From Solirubrobacterales bacterium (GTDB lineage Bacteria > Actinomycetota > Thermoleophilia > Solirubrobacterales > Thermoleophilaceae), in the NCBI GenBank assembly GCA_038215095.1, contig JBBQRG010000003.1, forward strand, positions 170 through 64,169: a stretch of 64,000 bases of DNA. Direction: 5' to 3'. The translations under genes were made by a program, and so were the position numbers. Positions 39,983-47,958 of this stretch are shown here, piece after piece (the stretch's first letter is position 1; every line of letters begins with the position of its first letter). Under the pieces are notes generated by a model. It was not told the DNA's origin. It saw nothing but the letters and a program-made list of their open reading frames with translations, and did not search any database.

Positions 39983-40120
39983 GCGTAGGGGGCGCGGGGC
40001 AACGCGGTCGAGCGGCCGACCTTGTCGCGCGGCCGAGAGCGCGATCGATCTCAGTCGGGGGCGCGGGGCAACGCGGTCGGGCCGCCTGCCTGGGCACGCG
40101 ACTGAGAGCGCGATCGTTCT
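39983..40120 (+). repeat. Tandem duplication (2 x 69 nt, ~80% identity) of a variant of the GC-rich repeat
   Basis: Unit 1 (39983-40051) and unit 2 (40052-40120) share GGGGGCGCGGGGCAACGCGGTCG and GAGAGCGCGATCG blocks. Lies in the 159-nt gap between the glmS stop and the acpS start. Confidence 0.8.
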
Positions 40121-40126
40121 CGGTTA

Positions 40127-41959
40127 TCACTCGACCGTGACTGTCTTCGCCAGGTTCCGCGGTTGGTCCACATTGAGCCCCCGCGCGCGGGCCACGTGGT
40201 AGGCGAGCAGCTGCAGCGGAACGATCGCCAGCAGCGGCTGCAGCAGCCAGTCGGTGGACGGCACGAACACCACCTGCTCGGCGTTCTCGGCCACCTGCTC
40301 GTCGCCCTCGGTGGCCACCGCGATCACGTGCGCCCCGCGGGCGCGCACCTCGGACACGTTCGAGAGCATCTTGTCGAGCACCGGCGAGTGGGTGGCCACG
40401 CAGACCACCGGCGTGCTCTCGTCGAGCAGCGCTATCGGGCCGTGCTTCATCTCCCCGGCGGCGTAGGCGTCGGTGGGGATGTAGGAGATCTCCTTCATCT
40501 TGAGCGCGCCCTCGAGCGCCACCGGCAGGCCGATGTGGCGGCCGAGGAAGAGGAAGAAGCTCGCGTCCTTGAACTGTTCGGCGGCGGCGCGCATGGGCTC
40601 GTCGACGGTCTCGAGCAGCCGCGACAGCGCGCTCGGCATCGAGCGCAGGTCCTCGATCAACCGCTCCATCACCTCGGGCTCGAGAGCGCCGCGCACCTGT
40701 GCGAGCTTCAGCCCGAACAGGTACATGGCCGCCACCTGCGCGAGGAAGGTCTTGGTGGCCGCCACGCCCACCTCGAGGCCCGCGCGCGTGTACAGGACGC
40801 CGTCGGCGTCGCGCGTGGCCTGGCTGCCCATCACGTTCGTGACGGCCAGCACCTTGGCGCCGCACTCGCGCGCCAGCCGCATCGCGGCCAGCGTGTCGGC
40901 GGTCTCGCCGGACTGGCTGATGCCGATCACCAGGTCGTGCTCGTCGAAGAGCGGCTTGCGGTAGCGGAACTCGGAGGCGATGTCCACGCCGACGTGCACG
41001 TCCGACCACTCCTCGATGGCGTAGCGGGCCACGACGCCGGCGTGGTAGGCCGTGCCGCACGCCACCACGAGCACGCGGCGCAGGCCCCTCAGCTCGTCGT
41101 CGGAGATGCCGATGTCCCCCAGCTCGATGCCGCCGCTTCGCAGGCGGTCGGCCACGGTCTCGGCCACGGCGTCGGGCTGCTCGTGGATCTCCTTGAGCAT
41201 GAATGTCTCGTAGCCGCCCTTCTCGGCAGTCTCCTCGTCCCACTCGACCTCGTCGACCTCGCGGTCGATGCTGTCGCCGCCGGCGTTCACGAAGCGGGCG
41301 CCCTCGGACGAGATCTCCACGATCTCTCCGTTCTCCACCAGCTGCACCTGGCGGGTCTCGGCGAGGAAGGCGGGGATAGCGGAGGCGATGAAGCTCTCTC
41401 CCTCGCCCACGCCCACCACGAGCGGGCACTCCTTGCGGGCGCCGACCAGCACGTCGGGCTGGTCGGCAGACATGGCGACGAAGGCGTAGTGGCCGCGCAG
41501 GTCGTTGTAGGCGGCGCGCACGGCCTCGAGCAGGTCGCCGTCGAACTTGCTGGCCACGAGGTGCGCGACAACCTCGGCGTCGGTCTCGGAGGTGAACTCC
41601 GCGCCGCCGGCCCGCAGCGCGTCGCGCAGCTCGGTCCAGTTCTCCACGATCCCGTTCAGCACGATGTGCACGCGACCGGAGGTGTCCCAGTGCGGGTGCG
41701 CGTTCTCGGTGGTCACGCGGCCGTGGGTGGCCCAGCGCGTGTGGCCGATCCCGGTCGAGCCGCGCAGCGTGCCGTTGCCGTCGGCCACCGCGCTCTTCAG
41801 CTTCGACAGGTTGCCCACGGCGTGGACCGAGTCGATCGAGCCGTTCGTGATCAGCGACACGCCGGCCGAGTCGTAGCCGCGGTACTCGAGGCGCTCGAGT
41901 CCCGTGAGCAGCAGGTCACGGCATTCGCGTGGCCCCGTGTATCCGATGATTCCGCACAT
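40127..41959 (-). CDS. glmS: Glutamine--fructose-6-phosphate aminotransferase
   Basis: 610 aa. MCGIIGY N-terminal nucleophile, two SIS domains, C-terminal ...KTVTVE. Confidence 0.97.
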   Translation of the reverse strand: MCGIIGYTGPRECRDLLLTGLERLEYRGYDSAGVSLITNGSIDSVHAVGNLSKLKSAVADGNGTLRGSTGIGHTRWATHGRVTTENAHPHWDTSGRVHIVLNGIVENWTELRDALRAGGAEFTSETDAEVVAHLVASKFDGDLLEAVRAAYNDLRGHYAFVAMSADQPDVLVGARKECPLVVGVGEGESFIASAIPAFLAETRQVQLVENGEIVEISSEGARFVNAGGDSIDREVDEVEWDEETAEKGGYETFMLKEIHEQPDAVAETVADRLRSGGIELGDIGISDDELRGLRRVLVVACGTAYHAGVVARYAIEEWSDVHVGVDIASEFRYRKPLFDEHDLVIGISQSGETADTLAAMRLARECGAKVLAVTNVMGSQATRDADGVLYTRAGLEVGVAATKTFLAQVAAMYLFGLKLAQVRGALEPEVMERLIEDLRSMPSALSRLLETVDEPMRAAAEQFKDASFFLFLGRHIGLPVALEGALKMKEISYIPTDAYAAGEMKHGPIALLDESTPVVCVATHSPVLDKMLSNVSEVRARGAHVIAVATEGDEQVAENAEQVVFVPSTDWLLQPLLAIVPLQLLAYHVARARGLNVDQPRNLAKTVTVE

Positions 41960-41969
41960 GAGAGACCAA

Positions 41970-43295
41970 TCAGCCTAGCTCTGACTCCACGGTTTTCGCC
42001 AATCGGCCGGCGATGTCCTCGCACTCGTCCTCGCCCGGCGCCTCGACCATCACTCGAACGAGCGGCTCGGTACCGGATTTGCGTAGCAGCACGCGGCCGC
42101 GGCCCTCGAGCCCGCGCGACTCGCGCTCGACCGCCTCCCAGATGCCCGCGGCGTCGTCAAGGGCGTCGCGGTCGGCCACGCGCACGTTCACCAGCCGCTG
42201 GGGCAGCTTCTCCATCGCGTCGCGGTCTACGAGGTCGCGGCCGTCGAGCGCTTCGAGCGCCAGCAGGGCCGCCGCGGTGCCGTCCCCGGCGGGCACGAAG
42301 GCGGTGTCGATGATGTGGCCCGACTGCTCGCCGCCGAGCGCCCAGCCGCGCCGCATGAGCTCGGCCAGCACGTGGCGGTCGCCCACAGGAGTCGTGGCCA
42401 CCTCGATCCCCGCGCCGGCCATTGCGCGGTGGAAGCCGTAGTTGGTCATGACGGTCACGGCCACGCCCTCGCCGGGAAGGCGGCCGAGCCCACGCAGGTG
42501 CAATGCGGCCAGGGCCATCAGCTCGTCGCCGTCCACCACGGTTCCAGCGCGGTCCACGGCAAGCACGCGGTCGCCGTCGCCGTCGAAGGCGAAGCCGATG
42601 TCGTGGCCGCCCTCCTCGATGCGCCCGGCGAGCGCCTCCACGTGCGTGGATCCAACTCCCTCGTTGATGTTGCGGCCGTCGGGCTCCACCGCGATCGTCT
42701 CCACGTGGGCGCCCAGGCGCCGGAAGATCTCCGGCGCGACGCGGTAGGTGGCGCCGTTTGCGCAGTCGAGCAGGACGCGCCGACCGGAGAGGTCGAGCCC
42801 GCGGAAGCGCAGCTCGAGCTCGCGCGTGTAGTCGCCGCCGGCGCCGTGCAGCTCGCGAACCCGGCCCATGCCGGAGCCGCGCGGGGGATCCGCGGACGCG
42901 ACGAGGGCCTCCATCTCGGCCTCCTGCGCGTCGTCGATCTTCATGCCGTCGGGGCCGAAGAACTTGATGCCGTTGTCCTGGTAGGGGTTGTGGCTGGCGG
43001 AGACCACGGCCGCCAGGTCGAAGCGGTAGCGCCGCACGAGCAGCGAGGCGCCCGGCGTGGGCAGCACGCCGCCGAGCAGCGCGTGGCCGCCGGCCGCCGC
43101 CACGCCCGCGGCGATCGACGCCTCGAGCATCTCGCCCGACTCGCGTGTGTCGCGCACGATCAGCACCTGCGGCACCTCGGCTGGAGACGACGCGGCCACC
43201 GCGCGGCCCAGCGCGAGCGCGAGCTCGGCGGTGATCAGCTCGCCGGCGACACCGCGGACGCCGTCCGTGCCGAAGAGCTTCCGGCCGGCTGCCAT
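41970..43295 (-). CDS. glmM: Phosphoglucosamine mutase
   Basis: 441 aa from MAAGRKLFGTDGVRG. Phosphoserine loop VSASHNPYQDNG. Confidence 0.95.
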   Translation of the reverse strand: MAAGRKLFGTDGVRGVAGELITAELALALGRAVAASSPAEVPQVLIVRDTRESGEMLEASIAAGVAAAGGHALLGGVLPTPGASLLVRRYRFDLAAVVSASHNPYQDNGIKFFGPDGMKIDDAQEAEMEALVASADPPRGSGMGRVRELHGAGGDYTRELELRFRGLDLSGRRVLLDCANGATYRVAPEIFRRLGAHVETIAVEPDGRNINEGVGSTHVEALAGRIEEGGHDIGFAFDGDGDRVLAVDRAGTVVDGDELMALAALHLRGLGRLPGEGVAVTVMTNYGFHRAMAGAGIEVATTPVGDRHVLAELMRRGWALGGEQSGHIIDTAFVPAGDGTAAALLALEALDGRDLVDRDAMEKLPQRLVNVRVADRDALDDAAGIWEAVERESRGLEGRGRVLLRKSGTEPLVRVMVEAPGEDECEDIAGRLAKTVESELG

Positions 43296-43302
43296 GGAGG
43301 GG

Positions 43303-44409
43303 TTAGCGCTTCGAGAACTGCGGCCGCTTGCGGGCCTTCTTGAGGCCGGCCTTCTTGCGCTCCTTCTCACGCGGGTCACGCGTGAGGAAGCCGCGGCGCT
43401 TGAGCTCGACGCGAAGGTTGGGATCGGCCTCGACGAGCGCGCGTGCGATGCCGTGCCGGAGCGCGCCGGCCTGGGCCGACACGCCGCCGCCGTGGATTCG
43501 GGCCACCACGTCCATGCGGCCGTTGTAGCCGGCGGTCTCGAGCGGCTGCTGCGCCATCCGCTGGAGGCGAACGCGCGGGAAGAACTGGTCGAGGTGGCGG
43601 CCGTTGATCGTGTAGACGCCGTCGCCTGGCCTCAGGATCACGCGTGCGACCGCGGTCTTGCGCTTGCCGGTGGCGGCGTAGCGGGCATCCGCGGCCAGGT
43701 CGAGCGGCTCGCGGGCGACGGGCTGGTCGCCCTCCTCGCCCTCGGCGGCCGGCTCGGCGTCGCCCTCGTCGTCGGCGTAGGCGGCGCCCGCGTCGGCGTA
43801 CTCGCCGCCCTCGGCGGCCTGTCGCTGCTGCTCCTCGAGCACGAGGTCGGGCTCCAGGTGCGCGCCCGGAATGACCTCCTCCTGCTGCTGGCCCTGCTCG
43901 CGGTCGCGACCACCGCGCTGGCGCGGCTGCTCGCCGCCCTCCGGGGTGGCGGCTGCTGCGGGAGCCTCCTCGCCGGCATCGGCCGGCGAGTCAGCCGCCG
44001 GAGCGTCAGCGGCAGCGTCGGCCGGCGGAGCGTCGGCGGCAGCGTCAGCCGCCGGGGCGTCAGCCGCCGGGGCATCAGCCGCCGGAGCGTCAGCCGCCGG
44101 AGCGTCAGCCGCCGACTCGGCCGCCGGGGCCGCTTCCGCAGCGGGCTCCTCGCCGTTGCCGGTGTCGCCTCCGGGCGTGTCGCCGGAGCCGGGCTCGTCC
44201 TCTTCGGGGGTCGAGTCGCCGCCGTCGGGCGCGTCGTCGTCCTCGGGCGTGTCGCCCGCCCCGGGGGCGTCGTCCCCGGCGGGAGCGTCGTCCCCGGCGG
44301 GCGCCTCGTCCTCCTGGGGCGTCTCCGCGGACGGCGCGCTTTCCTCGGCGCCCTCGTTCTCGGGCTGCTGGCCCTCGGGGTGGTCCTGGCGCTCTTCGTC
44401 GTCGGCCAT
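43303..44409 (-). CDS. rpsI: 30S ribosomal protein S9 with a ~235-aa acidic Ala/Pro/Asp/Glu-rich N-terminal extension
   Basis: The C-terminal ~130 aa are canonical S9 ([10 protein letters not shown]...[19 protein letters not shown]...[12 protein letters not shown]). The ATG at 44409 shares one nucleotide with the rplM stop. Third codon positions in the extension are G/C-rich. Confidence 0.85.
   Translation of the reverse strand: MADDEERQDHPEGQQPENEGAEESAPSAETPQEDEAPAGDDAPAGDDAPGAGDTPEDDDAPDGGDSTPEEDEPGSGDTPGGDTGNGEEPAAEAAPAAESAADAPAADAPAADAPAADAPAADAAADAPPADAAADAPAADSPADAGEEAPAAAATPEGGEQPRQRGGRDREQGQQQEEVIPGAHLEPDLVLEEQQRQAAEGGEYADAGAAYADDEGDAEPAAEGEEGDQPVAREPLDLAADARYAATGKRKTAVARVILRPGDGVYTINGRHLDQFFPRVRLQRMAQQPLETAGYNGRMDVVARIHGGGVSAQAGALRHGIARALVEADPNLRVELKRRGFLTRDPREKERKKAGLKKARKRPQFSKR
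43988..44116. repeat. 15-nt tandem repeat inside the rpsI extension
   Basis: Five near-perfect units of GCGTCAGCCGCCGGR at 44042-44116, plus degenerate units upstream. They encode (ADAPA)n on the minus strand. Confidence 0.85.
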
Positions 44410-44843
44410 CAGGCTTGAACCTCCATCGGCGCGGGCTTCTGCGCTTCGTGCGGGTGGTCGGGACCGGCGTAGATCTTCAGCTTGCGCAGCTGGGCCCGTC
44501 CCAGGCGGGTGCGCGGCAGCATGCCGCGGACGGCGAGCCGGATGACCTCCTCCGGACGGCGCTCCAGCATCTCGCCCAGCGTGCGGCTGCGCAGGCCGCC
44601 GGGGTAGCCGGAGTGCCGGTAGTAGAGCTTCTCCTCGCGCTTCTTGCCGGTCACCGCGATCTTCTCGGCGTTCACCACGATCACGAAGTCGCCGGTGTCC
44701 ACGTGCGGGGTGTACTCCGGCTTGCGCTTGCCGCGCAGGGCATCAGCGATCTGGGTCGACAGCCGGCCGAGCGTCTGGCCGCTCGCGTCGACGACGAGCC
44801 AGTTGCGCTCGCGTGTGGTCGGGTTCGCTACGTAGGTCTTCAT
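44409..44843 (-). CDS. rplM: 50S ribosomal protein L13
   Basis: 144 aa from [28 protein letters not shown]. The longer track ORF is upstream read-through. Confidence 0.95.
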   Translation of the reverse strand: MKTYVANPTTRERNWLVVDASGQTLGRLSTQIADALRGKRKPEYTPHVDTGDFVIVVNAEKIAVTGKKREEKLYYRHSGYPGGLRSRTLGEMLERRPEEVIRLAVRGMLPRTRLGRAQLRKLKIYAGPDHPHEAQKPAPMEVQA

Positions 44844-44855
44844 AAACGCAGAGGA

Positions 44856-44878
44856 GGCCGCCGGAGACTCCGGCGGCC
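44856..44878 (-). promoter_or_regulatory. GC-rich hairpin 13 nt upstream of the rplM start (candidate translational operator or leader element)
   Basis: GGCCGCCGG-AGACT-CCGGCGGCC, a 9-bp perfect stem. No Shine-Dalgarno sequence lies between it and the ATG; the mRNA reads CCUCCUCUGCGUUUAUG. Confidence 0.35.
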
Positions 44879-45135
44879 GGACGCCAAGTGTGGCACAAGG
44901 CCGCGGGCAGTGACCACCCGTGGCCGAAGCTATACTCGCGCCCCTAAATACAGCCTGCCGAATCCCCATGGCCTGCCGTGGCCGAGGGGAACGGGGGAAC
45001 CGATCGGGAACCGTCGAACAGGTTCCCGACGGGGCGAATCGGCCGCGAGGCAACCACCTCACCGGCCGTAGCGTCGCTCTTTCGACGCGAGCCCGTCAGC
45101 TAACCCCGTAGGCCGGAGAAAGAGAGGCCAAGCAG

Positions 45136-46341
45136 TTGGGAACCAGCCGTGCCCTCGGGGGACGATGCGCAGTCGCAGCGGGTGCGCTGGGCCTCGTGCT
45201 GGCCGCTCTCGCCGGAGGCGCCCAGGCCCAGTCTGGAGGCGGCGGTGGCGCCGTCTGGGTCGCGAAGCCCCAGCTCGCCAAGGTCAGTTGCCTGCGCGCC
45301 TGCGGCTCCCGCAAGCGCGCGCAGGGCGGCAGCACCCTGAAGATCACCGGCAGCGCGCTCGACACAGTTACGCGGGTCGTCTTCCACGGCAGCCGCGGCC
45401 GCTCGGACGACGTCCAGTCGAAGGTGCGCGCCGGCAGCGCCCACCGGCTGAATGCGAAGGTGCCGGTAGGCGCCGTGACCGGCCCCGTGTCGGTGCTCAC
45501 AGGCGGCGGGGTCAGCTCGAAGTCCACCCGCACAATCGCGATCCTGCCGGCGCCGCCCCCGGCTCCCAACGCCACGCTCTCCCCCGCTCCCGGGGCCCCG
45601 CAGCTCGAGACCGGCACCAGCCGCACGCAGGTGTTCATCGGGGCGCGCCGGGCGGTCTCCTTCTCCTACCGCGTGGCCTCGCCCTCGACCGTGGGCGTCC
45701 AACTTGTGCGCGACAGCGACGCCGTAGTGGTCAAGAGCTGGCCGCAGGCGGCGGCCCCGCCCGGCCAGGTGCAGACGGTCGTCTGGACCGGCGCGCTCGG
45801 CAACGCGGCAGCGCCGCCACGCCGCTACTCGTTCCGGCTCACCGCCCAGGGAGCCGACGGCCAGACCGCGCAGAGCTCCCAGAACGCCGCCGTCCAGCGC
45901 GACGCCTTCGACCTCTACGAGAACGTCTTCCCGATTCGCGGCAAGCACGCTTTCGGCGGTGCCGGGGGCCGCTTCGGCGCCGGGCGCAGCGGCCACAGCC
46001 ATCAGGGCCAGGACACCTTCGCCAAGTGCGGGACCCGCCTGGTGGCCGCGCGCGGCGGCCGCGTGAAGTACGCGGGCTACCAGCGAAACGCCGGCTACTA
46101 CGTGGTCATCGACGGCGCGGTGACGGGCAACGACTACGTCTACATGCACCTCGCGGAGCCTTCCCCCTTCCGCACGGGCGACCGCGTCTACACCGGCCAG
46201 CGGATCGGCTCGGTGGGAGACACGGGCGACGCCGTGGGCTGCCACCTGCACTTCGAGCTCTGGTCGGCACCCGGCTGGTACAGCGGCGGCCACCCCTTCG
46301 ACCCGCTGCCGGCCCTGAAGGCCTGGGACGGCTGGTCGTGA
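45136..46341 (+). CDS. Secreted M23-family (LytM-type) metallopeptidase with an N-terminal beta-rich domain
   Basis: TTG start 9 nt after GAGAGG. Signal peptide ...ALAGGAQAQ. M23 motifs GHSHQGQD and GCHLHFEL. Confidence 0.85.
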   Translation: MGTSRALGGRCAVAAGALGLVLAALAGGAQAQSGGGGGAVWVAKPQLAKVSCLRACGSRKRAQGGSTLKITGSALDTVTRVVFHGSRGRSDDVQSKVRAGSAHRLNAKVPVGAVTGPVSVLTGGGVSSKSTRTIAILPAPPPAPNATLSPAPGAPQLETGTSRTQVFIGARRAVSFSYRVASPSTVGVQLVRDSDAVVVKSWPQAAAPPGQVQTVVWTGALGNAAAPPRRYSFRLTAQGADGQTAQSSQNAAVQRDAFDLYENVFPIRGKHAFGGAGGRFGAGRSGHSHQGQDTFAKCGTRLVAARGGRVKYAGYQRNAGYYVVIDGAVTGNDYVYMHLAEPSPFRTGDRVYTGQRIGSVGDTGDAVGCHLHFELWSAPGWYSGGHPFDPLPALKAWDGWS

Positions 46342-46346
46342 ACGGG

Positions 46347-46420
46347 GCGAATTTCAGCCGCTGATCCACTTAGGGGGTCGAAATCCGACCCCTATCCGGA
46401 TCAGCGCAGGAAATTGCCGC
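46347..46420. repeat. 74-nt imperfect palindrome (about 27 bp of pairing)
   Basis: The outer arms GCGAATTTC..CGCTGATCC and GGATCAGCG..GAAATTGCCGC pair. So do the inner arms TAGGGG(G)TCG and CGACCCCTA, around the loop AAATC. Starts 6 nt after the M23 stop and overlaps the decayed 5' end of the DUF559 gene. Confidence 0.75.
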
Positions 46421-46433
46421 TCGCCAGCACGGG

Positions 46434-47304
46434 TTGGCAACTCGTACCCAGCTGCTTGGTGTTGGCCTGAGCGAAGAGGTCGTGAAGCGGCGCCTGCGGG
46501 CGGGACTGCTCCTGAGGGTCCACCCCGGCGTCTACCGGGTCGGGCACACGGCCCCGAGCACCGAGGCCCTCTACCTCGCCGCCGTTCTCGCCGGCGGCGA
46601 CGGCGCAGTGCTCAGCGGGCTCGGCGCCGCTCATCTCTTCGGGCTCGTGAAGGGCGGCCCACCAGCGCCGGAGGTCACAACGACCCGCAACCGGCGGGTC
46701 CGCGGCGTACGAAGCCGGCGCGTGCGCCGGCTCGACGCCCGCGACATCGGCCGCTACCGCTCGATTCCGATCACGACCGTCGCCCGGACCGTGGTCGACC
46801 TGGGCGGGCACCTTTCGCTCGACGAGCTGGCGCGCGCCTGCCACGAGGCCGAGGTGAGGCACCGGGTCAGCGCGGCCAGCGTCCGCGCCGCATTGAACCG
46901 GCGCCCGAACACACCCGGCGCCCACAACCTCCGCTCGATCTTCGACGGCGACACCCCGATCACGCTCAGCAAGCTCGAGCGCGACTTCCTCACCCAGCTA
47001 AGCCGCGCCGGATTGCCGCGGCCAAAGGCGAACAAGCGCATCGACGGACGCTACGTCGACTGCCGCTGGCCTGAGCATCGGCTGACGGTTGAGCTGGACA
47101 GCTACCGCTATCACCACAGCCGCCACGCCTGGGAGCAGGACCGCCGCCGCGAGCGCGAGGCCCGCGCCCGTGGCGACGTTCCGCCGCTACACCTACGGCG
47201 ACGTCGTCGAGGATCGCGCGTCGATGCTCCGCGAGCTACGAGCGCTTCTCGCGCTTGCGGTCGGGCAGCATCCGGTTGACGCGGTCGTAGATCGCCAGCA
47301 GTAG
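46434..47304 (+). pseudogene. DUF559 / Vsr-like endonuclease-domain protein with an AbiEi-like N-terminus; start lost and frameshifted near 47172-47180
   Basis: The frame of 46434 gives ...YRYHHSRHAWEQDRRREREARARG, then nonsense. The +1 frame continues TFRRYTYGDVVEDRASMLRELRALL, the expected C-terminus. Upstream in frame, SAQEIAARQHG is homolog-like but has no ATG, GTG or TTG before it. Confidence 0.55.
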
Positions 47305-47520
47305 CACGGACGTCGCGACCGCGATCACGAAGCTCCCGAAGTCCGCGTCATTGCTGTCGCCGATGCCGAGCACCTCTGTGGCGAGGAAGCCGCCCAGGAG
47401 CGAGCCGACCACGCCCAGAACGATCGTGAGCGCTATGCCCAGGCGCTGGCGGCCGGGCAGAAGCAGGCGCGCCAGGGCGCCCACGAACAGACCCCAGATG
47501 ACCCAGGTTAGGATGCCCAC
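47236..47520 (-). CDS. GlsB/YeaQ/YmgE-family (transglycosylase-associated) stress membrane protein
   Basis: 94 aa: MGILTWVIWGLFVGALARLLLPGRQ...GVVGSLLGGFLA. Confidence 0.85.
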   Translation of the reverse strand: MGILTWVIWGLFVGALARLLLPGRQRLGIALTIVLGVVGSLLGGFLATEVLGIGDSNDADFGSFVIAVATSVLLLAIYDRVNRMLPDRKREKRS

Positions 47521-47555
47521 GGCGGGAGGGTAAACCCCCGGCGAGAGGAGAGCGG

Positions 47556-47954
47556 ATGGCCGCCTACACGGTGAAGAAGCTGGAGGAGATCCCCGACGTC
47601 TCGGGGGACTACCCGGGCGAGATGCGCATGACAGCCGCGGGGGATCTCGGCAACGAGCAGCTCGCTTTCATGTGGCGGCGAATGCCGGCCCAGACGGGCG
47701 GCAAAGGCAGCTACGGGCACCGCCACAAGGAGGACGAGGAGATCTACCTCGTGATCGACGGCACGGTGCAGTTCAAGCTCGAGGACGAGATCCTCGACCT
47801 CGGTCCCGGCAGTGTGGTTCGCTGCGGGCCGGAGGTGGTGCGGTCGGTCTGGAACGAGGGCCCCGACGACGCGACCCTGTTCGTGTTCGGCAGGCGCTCG
47901 GACGACCCGCGCAACGACGTGGAGACGGTGGACGGCTTCTGGCCGGCCGACTAG
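47556..47954 (+). CDS. Cupin-domain protein
   Basis: 132 aa. GHRHKEDEEIYLVIDGTVQF...GPGSVVRCGPEVVRSVWN matches the cupin motif 1 and 2 pattern. Confidence 0.75.
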   Translation: MAAYTVKKLEEIPDVSGDYPGEMRMTAAGDLGNEQLAFMWRRMPAQTGGKGSYGHRHKEDEEIYLVIDGTVQFKLEDEILDLGPGSVVRCGPEVVRSVWNEGPDDATLFVFGRRSDDPRNDVETVDGFWPAD

Positions 47955-47958
47955 CCGG

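Noticed and set aside
39983-40120. CRISPR array
   Set aside because: There are only two directly adjacent 69-nt units with no unique spacers. The other repeated sequences are single dispersed copies or coding-region microsatellites. No cas genes are present.
41960-41969. glmS ribozyme upstream of glmS
   Set aside because: Only 10 nt separate the glmM stop from the glmS start, so there is no room for the ~170-nt ribozyme.
46371-46394. tRNA-like T-arm (GGGGGTCGAAATCCGACCCC) and a GGTTCGA string at about 50808
   Set aside because: The first is the apex of the 74-nt palindrome (7-9-bp stem, 5-nt loop), not a 5-bp stem with a 7-nt T-loop. Neither site has a matching acceptor stem, D-arm or anticodon arm. 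No tRNA is supported anywhere in the window.
47089-47304. Independent 71-aa gene
   Set aside because: Its middle part (FRRYTYGDVVEDRASMLRELRALL) is the expected C-terminus of the adjacent DUF559 protein in a shifted frame. It is therefore interpreted as the frameshifted tail of that pseudogene.
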